A stretch of DNA of 64,000 nucleotides from Candidatus Omnitrophota bacterium. Its GTDB lineage: Bacteria; Omnitrophota; Gorgyraeia; Gygaellales; Profunditerraquicolaceae. The stretch spans positions 288 to 64,287 of the forward strand of contig JAQUQW010000005.1 in the NCBI GenBank assembly GCA_028716245.1, given 5' to 3'. Under the pieces are notes generated by a model. It worked only from the letters and a program-made list of their open reading frames with translations. It searched no databases and was not told where the DNA came from. The translations under genes and the position numbers were made by a program. Shown piece after piece: positions 1 through 8,552 of this stretch; the stretch's first letter is position 1, and every line of letters begins with the position of its first letter.

Positions 1-5
1 CACAT

Positions 6-76
6 TGCCCTGTCGTCTAATGGTAGGACACAAGATTCTGGATCTTGTTATCATGGTTCGAGTCCATGCGGGGCAG
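6..76 (+). tRNA. tRNA-Gln (anticodon CTG), 5' end at window edge
   Basis: Cloverleaf read by eye: acceptor TGCCCTG/CGGGGCA (one G-U), anticodon stem CAAGA/TCTTG with loop TTCTGGA, T-arm CATGG-TTCGAGT-CCATG. Confidence 0.7.
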
Positions 77-351
77 AAATAGTTTTAAAAATTTATTGAC
101 AAATAAAATATACTGAAGTAAACTTTTTTTAAAGAAGAACAGGTTCTCATACCGGGCAGAATTTAGACAGTAGCGAAAGCTACGGGACTTCTCTTGTTTT
201 TAAACATTTTAAAAGGATCCCAAAATATGAGAACTGGCGTCTTCTTTTTTTATTGCGATTTTTCAGCGTGGCCTTCCGAAAAGTTCTCATCTGAATCTTA
301 TCCAGCCTTTTTAAGTTTAATAAATAGCTTTGTAAGAAATCAAAAACACAG

Positions 352-1623
352 ATGAATATCTGGTCCAACCTTTTCTATAAATACCGTAAATTCTGGAAAG
401 CACTGAAATTATATTTATTGCTTGCTGGTCCGGGTATTATTGTAATGATTGCCGATAATGATGCCGGTGGTATTACAACGTATGCCGTAACCGGGGCTAA
501 ATATAAATATCATCTGCTTTGGTTTCTTATTCTTCTAGGCCCGATTGCTTATTTTGTCCAGGAAATGACCGTCCGCTTGGGAACCGTAACTAAGCGCGGT
601 CATGCTGAAGCTATTTTTCATTCTTTCGGACCTTTGTGGGGATGGTTTTCCTTACTAGATTTGGTTTTAACAGATTGGCTGACTTTGGTTACAGAATTTA
701 TTGGAATGACGGCAGCCATGAGCATTTTTCACATTCCACCGGTAATAACCGTAATCGTCGTATGCATAATAATGGGTGGAATGGTTATTCAGGGCCGTTA
801 CTGGACATGGGAAAAAATTGTCATGGTTTTTTGCGCTGTTAATTTGGTCTATATTCCTGCTGCCTTCATAGTGCATCCCTCGGTTAAAGATATTCTTTAT
901 AATAGTGTAATCCCGCATTTTCCTCCCGGTGGTTTTAATAATGAGATTTTCTTTATGTTGATGGCTAATATCGGGACTACCATTGCCCCTTGGATGATAT
1001 TCTTTCAACAAAGTGCCGTTGTAGACAAGAACATGAAAGAAAAAGACATGGGGTGGGGTAAACTCGATACCGCTCTGGGCTCACTTTTTACTGTACTGGT
1101 TGCAGTTTTTATTATTATCGTTACCGGAACTGTATTGTTTGGTCAAAATATCGAAAGCGCAGCTCAAGCTGCAATTCAGCTCATGAACGTAAATAAGAAT
1201 CTTGGGACGCTTTTAGCCATTGGACTTTTTGATGCTGGGTTATTGGGAGCTATTTGTATTTCTCTAGCTAGTTCATGGGCATTTGGCGAGGTTTTTGGCT
1301 GGGCGCATTCATTAAATCACAAGATCAAAGAAGCTCCGTGGTTTTACGCATTTTATTTTTTCGCTTTAGTTACGGCCGGAACAGTAGTTTTAATCCCCGG
1401 TGCTCCGCTAGTTTTAATTACACTCTTTGTTCAGGTAATCGCGGTTACTTTACTGCCTGCGGCGCTTGTTTTCTTAATCCTGCTTCTTAATGATGAAGGG
1501 ACGATGGGTAAATTCAAGAATACATTGCTTCAGAATACCGTTAATATTTCGATAGTAGCAGGTATAATTATTTTATCAACCTTATACGGAATCAGTGCGT
1601 TATTTCCGAATATTTTTAAGTAA
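352..1623 (+). CDS. Nramp (SLC11) family divalent-cation transporter, NRMT-like (probable Mg2+ transporter)
   Basis: 423 aa, ~11 TM. It aligns to MntH TM1/TM6, but the canonical DPGN is DAGG and MPH is APW. Asn-to-Gly and Met-to-Ala are the substitutions I recall for Nramp-related Mg transporters. A ~275 nt untranslated leader lies upstream. Confidence 0.75.
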   Translation: MNIWSNLFYKYRKFWKALKLYLLLAGPGIIVMIADNDAGGITTYAVTGAKYKYHLLWFLILLGPIAYFVQEMTVRLGTVTKRGHAEAIFHSFGPLWGWFSLLDLVLTDWLTLVTEFIGMTAAMSIFHIPPVITVIVVCIIMGGMVIQGRYWTWEKIVMVFCAVNLVYIPAAFIVHPSVKDILYNSVIPHFPPGGFNNEIFFMLMANIGTTIAPWMIFFQQSAVVDKNMKEKDMGWGKLDTALGSLFTVLVAVFIIIVTGTVLFGQNIESAAQAAIQLMNVNKNLGTLLAIGLFDAGLLGAICISLASSWAFGEVFGWAHSLNHKIKEAPWFYAFYFFALVTAGTVVLIPGAPLVLITLFVQVIAVTLLPAALVFLILLLNDEGTMGKFKNTLLQNTVNISIVAGIIILSTLYGISALFPNIFK

Positions 1624-1872
1624 CCTTTTGCAGGAGATAAATATGGGATTATCCTCAAATAGCTTTATTTTTAACCATATAAAAAAGTTTTTTAGTGATA
1701 CATTTTCTGCGATTCATGCAATTAATACCAAATATGCTACTCCGCAATTAAGGACAAGTAGGGCAGTAAAAATTGCTTTATTGTGTTTGCGGATTTATTT
1801 GATTGTCTTGGTTGGGTTGTTATTCTTCAAATTCTATACGACACTGACAGCCAAGTAAATTAGGGACTATCT

Positions 1873-3153
1873 ATGAACGAAACTAACCAGGTAAATAATA
1901 GGGAGATAGGAAAAAGCTATTTTTTAAGTGAAATAGTGAAACTACCGGTTTTCTTGCATGATAATAAAATCGGCAAGCTTACGGATTTTTTAATTGTAGA
2001 TAAAGATAAAATTGCGGAAGTAACGCATCTTTGTATTGCCCGGCCGTTTGGTGAGCCAGCCTTGCTTGTGCCCTGGGAAAAATTAAAATCTTTGTCGGAT
2101 AAAAATATTATTATCGATATTGAAACTATAGAACAATATACTGCTAACCCTCCAGAAGGAGCAATATTGTTAAAGGATTATATTCTCGATAAAAGAGTAC
2201 TTGATGGTGAGGGCAGAGAAGTAGAGATGGTTTATGATGTAAAATTAGTTTTAAAGAATAGTAAGTTATATGTTACCGATGTAGATTTAAGTAAATACGG
2301 CTTGCTTCGTAGAATTGGTTTAAAGTGGTTGGCCGATTTTATTTATAACCTAGCCGCAAAGATCAGGAGTCAGACAGTTTCATGGAGCTATGTTGAGCCG
2401 CTACCGGAACAAATCAGTAGTTTTAAAGGAGACCTTAAGTTAAAGGTGCTGAAAGAGAGGCTGGCTGATATGCCGCCAGTTGATTTGGCGGATATTCTGG
2501 AAGAAATGGATCCTGCTCAAAGAGTCGCTATATTCGGGGAGTTAGATACTGAGCATGCTTCTGATACCTTAGAAGAGTTAGACCCAAGGGTTCAGAGGGA
2601 CATGATAGCTTCACTGAAGAAGGAGCGTGCAGCACAGCTCATTAATGAGATGACTCCTGGACAGGCTGCGGATATTTTATCCGTATTGCCTTGGTGGGAG
2701 GTAAAAGCTATCCTACAATTGCTTAATAAAGAGAATGCGATTAAGATCCAGGATATTTTAGAGAAACAAGAAGAAAAGATTGTTGATTTTGCCGCAACAA
2801 ATTTTCTAAAATTTACTCCTGAGAGAACAGCTTTACAGGCGCGCAGGGCTTTTCAGCGGGCAGCTAAAGGTAAAGAAGCAATAATGTATCTTTATATTTT
2901 GGATGAACAGGAAAAATTATTAGGGGTAATAGATCTTAAAGAACTTTTAATAGCCGAAGATGAAGTTTTGCTTAAGGATGTTATGGTTTCCAAAGTAATT
3001 ATCCTTACTCCCGAAAGCACGCTGAAACAAGCTTCAGAAATGTTTGCAAGATATTCTTTTCGCGCGTTACCTATTATAGATAAATCCGGAAAAATGCTCG
3101 GAGTTGTTCCTTACCGAGATGTTATGAATTTGAAGCATCTTTATTTAGGATAG
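1873..3153 (+). CDS. Soluble MgtE N-terminal domain + CBS-pair protein (Mg2+-sensing regulatory module without a transmembrane domain)
   Basis: 426 aa. The central acidic helical region matches the MgtE_N signature (DMPPVDLADILEEMDPAQRVAIFGELD...). The C-terminal tandem CBS region reads VMVSKVIILTPEST...ALPIIDKSGKMLGVVPYRDVM. No TM segments. Confidence 0.65.
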   Translation: MNETNQVNNREIGKSYFLSEIVKLPVFLHDNKIGKLTDFLIVDKDKIAEVTHLCIARPFGEPALLVPWEKLKSLSDKNIIIDIETIEQYTANPPEGAILLKDYILDKRVLDGEGREVEMVYDVKLVLKNSKLYVTDVDLSKYGLLRRIGLKWLADFIYNLAAKIRSQTVSWSYVEPLPEQISSFKGDLKLKVLKERLADMPPVDLADILEEMDPAQRVAIFGELDTEHASDTLEELDPRVQRDMIASLKKERAAQLINEMTPGQAADILSVLPWWEVKAILQLLNKENAIKIQDILEKQEEKIVDFAATNFLKFTPERTALQARRAFQRAAKGKEAIMYLYILDEQEKLLGVIDLKELLIAEDEVLLKDVMVSKVIILTPESTLKQASEMFARYSFRALPIIDKSGKMLGVVPYRDVMNLKHLYLG

Positions 3154-3164
3154 AAGGAGGCTAC

Positions 3165-3350
3165 GTGCAAGCCATTTTAACTATTTTAGGAATAGCTGGG
3201 TTACTTTCTTTAATAGGTTGGCTTATAAAAATAGATAACACTCATAAAGACAATGAACTTTACCTCTATAAAGAAATTAAATATCTTAGGGTAGAAAACG
3301 CGAAGCTACAGGACAATATAAAGAATATACCTGCAAAGTGCATGGTTTAA
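3165..3350 (+). CDS. small membrane protein (1 TM + coiled coil), hypothetical
   Basis: 61 aa ORF with GTG start and a strong AGGAGG RBS 6 nt upstream; hydrophobic N-terminus. Confidence 0.45.
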   Translation: MQAILTILGIAGLLSLIGWLIKIDNTHKDNELYLYKEIKYLRVENAKLQDNIKNIPAKCMV

Positions 3351-3480
3351 ACCCCACCTTTTATTCCAAAGAATAAATTCAATAAACTGGAATCTACCTT
3401 CTGCTGGTCCAATCACAACTTGGACTGCAGATCTGTGTGGAAAGGGGAAGTTTCAGGCCCAGCCTTTTTTCTTTTATAAT

Positions 3481-4227
3481 ATGACAAGAGGCCAGTTTGA
3501 TCCTAAGGGTGATTATAAAGCTTTACCAGATGGTGATAAGCAATCCCAATATCAGGAACAAATTCTCTTGAAATATGGTTTTACAGATAATATAGAGCTG
3601 GCTGCCCAAACTATTTATCAACAGAATTATATTAAGCAAGGAAATTTAAGAGCGCATGACGCAGGTTTAGGCGATAGCCTTTTTCTGTTACGATATTGCA
3701 CTTGTCATGAAAAAGAAGAAGGATGGTTCCCAGATATTGACGGTATGCTTCAACTTAAAGTGCCAACTGGCAAGTATCAACATCTTGATCCAAACAAGCT
3801 AGGTACAGATTTAAATGGCGCTACTTCTAGTCCAGGAGCCTGGACACCAGGAATCGGCATAGATATGACTAAAAAGCTTAAACCCTTCATTCTTCATTTT
3901 GATTATATCTATAGTTTTCCGCGGGAGGTACGGGGTGATGGTGTTAATAGCGATTACGCTAATTTTATTAATTCCGATTTTTCTATAGAGTATTTTTTAA
4001 CCAAAGGTTTTAGCCTTATGTTAGAAGCAAATACTTTTTGGCAGAAGGATAAGTATCAGAATGGGACAAGACAACCATCCACAGGTATAAGATCTTTGAC
4101 TATTTCTCCTGGCATAGGCTGGGCAAATGATAAGATTCAGACAGAAATAGCATATCAAAGAGTTGTTCTGGGCAAAAACACAACCGCTAATGATTCAATA
4201 GTCTTAACTTTAGTATGTTCATTTTGA
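3481..4227 (+). CDS. outer-membrane beta-barrel-like protein, possibly N-terminally truncated or a pseudogene
   Basis: 248 aa rich in alternating aromatic beta-strand patterns, with a C-terminal ...LVCSF (terminal Phe typical of OMPs). No signal peptide. The frame stays open upstream without an ATG. Confidence 0.35.
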   Translation: MTRGQFDPKGDYKALPDGDKQSQYQEQILLKYGFTDNIELAAQTIYQQNYIKQGNLRAHDAGLGDSLFLLRYCTCHEKEEGWFPDIDGMLQLKVPTGKYQHLDPNKLGTDLNGATSSPGAWTPGIGIDMTKKLKPFILHFDYIYSFPREVRGDGVNSDYANFINSDFSIEYFLTKGFSLMLEANTFWQKDKYQNGTRQPSTGIRSLTISPGIGWANDKIQTEIAYQRVVLGKNTTANDSIVLTLVCSF

Positions 4228-4448
4228 AGCTTGAAAATATAACCTTAGTATTATGTTTATGGTATACTAAAATAGCCAGTTCTTTAGATAGCTGTTTCGC
4301 ATCTTCCGTATACAGCCAGTTGCATATTTTGTCCAATAGGCGCAGAGTAGGGATATATAGTATATTAGGGCTGGACTTAACCGTTTAGCCCTCTTTGCTT
4401 ATTCGCTAAATTGCTTGTAATTTTAGGATTAGAGAGGACAATGCATTT

Positions 4449-5216
4449 ATGACTAAAACGGCAAAAAATAGAGTTCCCCACATCATTTTCCTGTATTGGG
4501 TAATCAAAATAGTATCTACAACATTAGGAGAGACCGGTGCAGATATGTTTTCCATGACCTTTAATTTAGGCTATGGAGATACTGTTATGATATTTATGGC
4601 TCTGTTTCTTGTATTTCTTGCAATTAAACTTTCCTTGAGAGGGTACCACCCCTGGGTTTATTGGTTAACTTTCACCGCATCAGCTATCGCAGGGACCGCA
4701 ATATCTGATTTTATAGATCGTACATTAGGACTTGGTTATACATTGGGTTCTGCCGGTCTGATAGTGATGCTATTGATAGTCCTTGCAGTTTGGTATAAGA
4801 AGGAAAAGTCGATAAATGTAGAACATATTACTACGCCTACTGCGGAGATCTTTTATTGGACAGCATTTTTATTTGCAAATACATTGGGAACTGCCGCAGG
4901 GGATTTATTTGCTGATAACTTGGGGCTTGGATTTGCGCATAGTGCGATTGCGATATCCGTGGTACTTGTTATTGTAGCCCTACTACACTTCTATACCAAA
5001 GTCTCCAATGTATTGTTATTCTGGGTGGCTTTTGTTTTAACAAGGCCATTTGGCGCTACATTTGGAGATTTTCTTACTAAGCCCATTACGAAGGGTGGCA
5101 TTAACCTTGGTACAGTGAATTCTTCAATAGTTATTTGTATAATCTTATTTTTTGCAATTACTAAAGAGAATAAATTAGAAAAAGGGAGGTGGAAAATACC
5201 TAAACAGGAACTCTAA
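4449..5216 (+). CDS. hypothetical polytopic membrane protein with internal duplication
   Basis: 255 aa, ~6 TM. Two halves share a GETGADMF / GTAAGDLFAD motif. Confidence 0.5.
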   Translation: MTKTAKNRVPHIIFLYWVIKIVSTTLGETGADMFSMTFNLGYGDTVMIFMALFLVFLAIKLSLRGYHPWVYWLTFTASAIAGTAISDFIDRTLGLGYTLGSAGLIVMLLIVLAVWYKKEKSINVEHITTPTAEIFYWTAFLFANTLGTAAGDLFADNLGLGFAHSAIAISVVLVIVALLHFYTKVSNVLLFWVAFVLTRPFGATFGDFLTKPITKGGINLGTVNSSIVICIILFFAITKENKLEKGRWKIPKQEL

Positions 5217-5281
5217 CTTGTTTGTAATTCTGGGATCTGTGATAAAATACGTAAAGTTAAATAAACTAAAAGGAGGAAGCG

Positions 5282-5779
5282 ATGAAAGTGTCAAGAAATG
5301 TGTTTCTCGGGTTAGTCGTGGTGGGGATATTGGGTTTTGTTTCAGGGGTATCATTCGCAGAAACTGCAACATCAGCACCAGCGGCAACTCCAGTAGCAGC
5401 AGCAAAGAAAGCAAGACATGAAGCTAGAATTAAGCTTCTGCAGGATTCCGCAGCAGCTCTCCAGGTGACAAATCCAGATTTAGCAATAAAATTGACTGAT
5501 ATTGTGAACGGGCAGTCAAATGAGAAAGCGGAAGGCAGTAAAGAAAAAGTAGCAAAAGGTTCAGCTGAATGGAAAGCCAAACATGATGCAAGAATCCAGC
5601 TTTATAAAGATTCCGCAGCAGCTCTTCAAATTAATCATCCGGATTTAGCAAAGGGTTTAATGGCTTTGACAGTGCCAAAGCAGAAGACTGCAATGCAAAA
5701 GTCGGCTGAAGAAAAGAACGAGAAAGAAGAAACGGGGGAGAAGGTAGAGCCTAAATCAGAACAAGGCGAGACTAAATAA
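5282..5779 (+). CDS. secreted repeat protein, hypothetical
   Basis: Signal peptide, then two ~45 aa internal repeats (ARHEARIKLLQDSAAALQVTNPDLA / AKHDARIQLYKDSAAALQINHPDLA). RBS GGAGG upstream. Confidence 0.55.
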   Translation: MKVSRNVFLGLVVVGILGFVSGVSFAETATSAPAATPVAAAKKARHEARIKLLQDSAAALQVTNPDLAIKLTDIVNGQSNEKAEGSKEKVAKGSAEWKAKHDARIQLYKDSAAALQINHPDLAKGLMALTVPKQKTAMQKSAEEKNEKEETGEKVEPKSEQGETK

Positions 5780-5800
5780 AAGGACTGTTATATAGTAAAT

Positions 5801-5838
5801 AGCGGCAGGGCTAAAAAATCCTGCTGCTATTATTTTTA
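5801..5838 (+). terminator. rho-independent terminator-like hairpin
   Basis: AGCGGCAGG / CCTGCTGCT stem followed by a T-run ATTATTTTTATA. Confidence 0.5.
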
Positions 5839-5885
5839 TAAGTAATAAGTTGTAATTGTAATGCTCCCCATTAGTCAAGGGGTTT

Positions 5886-6488
5886 TCAAGTTAGAACCGG
5901 CTCTTTGTTGAGACACGTTTCAAAGCACTGTTTTGGCGTCATGTTGTTTAAGCTTTGATGCGGGTAATCCGTATTGTAGTTGTTGATCCATTTATTGAGC
6001 GCGATTTCAAAGTCAAACGGGTTATCCCAGTCATAGCACCAGACAATGTCTTCTTTGATGGTACGCATGACCCGTTCGGTATCAGAATTGCCTTTGGGAT
6101 TCGACCAGGTGGTGAATATCTGTTTGATTCCCATGACTGCGCAGTTCATCATGAATCGCTGGGACGTGGGTTGGCAGCCGTTGTCGGAGATCAAGAATAA
6201 CTGTTCTTTTTCCGTCTCTTGAATCCCCTTGGGGAATCGGGAATCAACCGCTCGGTTCAATGCTTTAAGCCAATCTTCGGTTTTAGACTGTAATCCAAGA
6301 TGGTAGCCGACAATCTCCTTGGTGTACCAGTTAAGAACCACGGTAAGATAGAGCCATCCCCAGCCGGTCATTTTGATTTTGGTCATATCAATACCCCAGA
6401 AGTGGTTAGGGCGAGCGGCATGAGGCTTGGGACGCAGAGGGGCATTAAATTTATCTCTAATAAGCCTAATTCTTGTAATTATCCCCAA
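5886..6488 (-). mobile_element. IS3-family transposase OrfB remnant (rve integrase core only; no OrfA/HTH)
   Basis: 200 aa with DDE/rve core motifs (HFWGIDMT..., ...SDNGCQ..., ...NPKGNSDTERVMRTIKEDIV...). The N-terminal ~90 aa and OrfA are absent. I could not identify flanking inverted repeats. Confidence 0.65.
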
Positions 6489-6674
6489 TTTCCTATATAA
6501 TTAGTTTATTAGTATTAAGAGATACAGTTATTACCTATAGCAACGCGCGCAGGATATAATTATATCTAATATTTGCAGGAGCAGGGCCATAAAAAATAGT
6601 ATTATGCAGGAAATTGTAGTATTATACGGAAGAAAGACTAGAACAATAAACAGCATAAAAAAGGAGGGAGCAGG

Positions 6675-7106
6675 ATGAAAACTGTTAAAACATTAGGGGC
6701 TGTCTTAGGTGTTTTTTTATTTCTCGGAGGGTATGTTTGTGCTCAAGCACAGTCAAATACCCAAACTCAACCAACCTCTACAGAACAGCCAGGTGTACGG
6801 AAACCACTAACCGTTGATGATGTGGTTCAAAAAATGAAAACAGATCTTGATTTAACCCAAGAGCAAGCAGACGCCCTTAAGCCCATTATTGAACAGAACA
6901 GGGCTAAACGAAAAGAACTCAGGGAAACCCTGAAACAGCAGGGGGCCGATAAAGATATTATCCTTAGTCAAATGAAAAAATTAACTCAGGAATTGGACCA
7001 GCAGTTAAGTAAAATCTTAAGTCAAGATCAGATGGATAAATTCAAAGCTATGAGAGTCCAGAGGAGTCTTCAGGGAGAAAAAAAACAAAGCGGGATGTCG
7101 CGCTGA
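6675..7106 (+). CDS. periplasmic Spy/CpxP-like (LTxxQ motif) protein
   Basis: Signal peptide, two LTQEQ / LSQDQ helical motifs, K/E-rich. Confidence 0.45.
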   Translation: MKTVKTLGAVLGVFLFLGGYVCAQAQSNTQTQPTSTEQPGVRKPLTVDDVVQKMKTDLDLTQEQADALKPIIEQNRAKRKELRETLKQQGADKDIILSQMKKLTQELDQQLSKILSQDQMDKFKAMRVQRSLQGEKKQSGMSR

Positions 7107-7156
7107 ATCCTGGCCGGGAACATTTCTGATTTTGCAAAAGAAAGAGAGATGCGGAG

Positions 7157-7621
7157 ATGAATAAATTTGGCATAGTTTTTTTGACTGCTTTATTTGGGGT
7201 ATTGTGCATTGGTTACGGGACTTCATATAGCGCAGATGGGCCGGAAGCAAAACAAAAGTTAATCGAGCAATTATTCAAAGAGGTGCCGCCAAAAGACGGC
7301 GTGAAAGAAATAACCTGCGAGCAGTTCCAGAAAATTCGTAACTCGGGAGCAGATTATGTCTTGGTCGATGTTTTATCGCCGGAAAGTTATGCGAAAGGCC
7401 ACATAGGGGGCGCCATTTCTTTTCCTGTTAAAACGATAGATGATAAAACCGTTTCCGCGAAATTGCCTAAGAATTTGTTTGTCGTTGTATACTGTGGTAG
7501 TTTTCAATGCCATGCAAGCACGATCGCCGCCAAGAAATTATCCGGGTTTGGATATAAGGTTTTCGATTATAAAGGTGGTTTAAGGGAGTGGCAGGAACGG
7601 GGGAACGCGCTTGTAAAATGA
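7157..7621 (+). CDS. secreted rhodanese-domain sulfurtransferase
   Basis: Signal peptide and a rhodanese fold with catalytic Cys loop (VVVYCGSFQCHAS). Confidence 0.7.
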   Translation: MNKFGIVFLTALFGVLCIGYGTSYSADGPEAKQKLIEQLFKEVPPKDGVKEITCEQFQKIRNSGADYVLVDVLSPESYAKGHIGGAISFPVKTIDDKTVSAKLPKNLFVVVYCGSFQCHASTIAAKKLSGFGYKVFDYKGGLREWQERGNALVK

Positions 7622-7633
7622 CGAGAATAAAAA

Positions 7634-8062
7634 ATGGCTAAGACGCAAGGGATCGAGAAGATCAGCCAGGAATCAAGAAGATCAAGCGCTTTTAAAGATT
7701 TAGCCGTGTTAGCTTCTGTTGTTATTGTTACCTTGTTGCTTTCCTATTTCTTCAATGTATTTATATTTCTTGTAGAGTTTTTTCAAAAACATCCCCAATC
7801 GATAACTTGGATAGATGAAATTATCACTGGTTTTTTAGCTTTAAGCATTGGTTTTGCGGTTTTCTCTTGGCGCAGATGGCGGGAACTAAAAAAGGAAACC
7901 ACTGAACGTTTAAGATTGCAAAAAGAACTCATTAGAATTGCCGAGACAAAAGCAGAAACCGAAAGAATTATTTGCAGAGAGCTTAAGTGTGACATTGAAG
8001 TGTATAAAAAGATCGAGCAAGATGTTATATCTGGTCAGGCTAAAGCAAAAGGAGTAACTTGA
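7634..8062 (+). CDS. hypothetical membrane protein
   Basis: 142 aa, two TM helices and a C-terminal coiled coil. Confidence 0.4.
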   Translation: MAKTQGIEKISQESRRSSAFKDLAVLASVVIVTLLLSYFFNVFIFLVEFFQKHPQSITWIDEIITGFLALSIGFAVFSWRRWRELKKETTERLRLQKELIRIAETKAETERIICRELKCDIEVYKKIEQDVISGQAKAKGVT

Positions 8063-8078
8063 TACAGAAGGAGGAAAA

Positions 8079-8516
8079 ATGCGAAGGAACTCGTTGGCAT
8101 TATTTATCGTTATGGTTTTTGTATTCGCCGGCTGTGAATCCGCCGGGCCAAAGACAGCCACAGGAGCGGTTGCCGGAGGGTTAATTGGCGCCACTGCCGG
8201 AGGCATAATCGGCTACCAAAGCCATAATGCCCTTGCCGGCGCCGGTATTGGCGCTGTAGCCGGAGCAGTTGGCGGCGGATTAATCGGAAACGCGATGGAC
8301 AAAAAAGATAAAGAAGCAAGCGCGGTTAATCCTTACTATATACCGGTAACCAAGGTCGTGGAAATGGTTTCCCAGGGCACTCCGGATTCGCTAATAATTA
8401 GCGAGATCCAGAGGACGCACTCAACCTATCGCCTTAGCTCAGAAGCCATCACTTATTTAAAAAAGAATAAAGTAAGCGACCAGGTTATCGATTATATGCT
8501 GGGAACAAGCAAGTAG
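8079..8516 (+). CDS. glycine-zipper lipoprotein
   Basis: Lipobox FAGC, GxxxG-rich segment GAVAGGLIGATAGGIIGY...GAGIGAVAGAVGGGLIGN, RBS GGAGG. Confidence 0.6.
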   Translation: MRRNSLALFIVMVFVFAGCESAGPKTATGAVAGGLIGATAGGIIGYQSHNALAGAGIGAVAGAVGGGLIGNAMDKKDKEASAVNPYYIPVTKVVEMVSQGTPDSLIISEIQRTHSTYRLSSEAITYLKKNKVSDQVIDYMLGTSK

Positions 8517-8552
8517 GTTTCTTTATTTGCCAAATAGAATTGTCAAAAATAA

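Noticed and set aside
636-1490. Nested ORFs (636..842, 667..1011, 1275..1490) inside the Nramp gene
   Set aside because: These are alternative-frame or antisense ORFs within a confidently called transporter gene.
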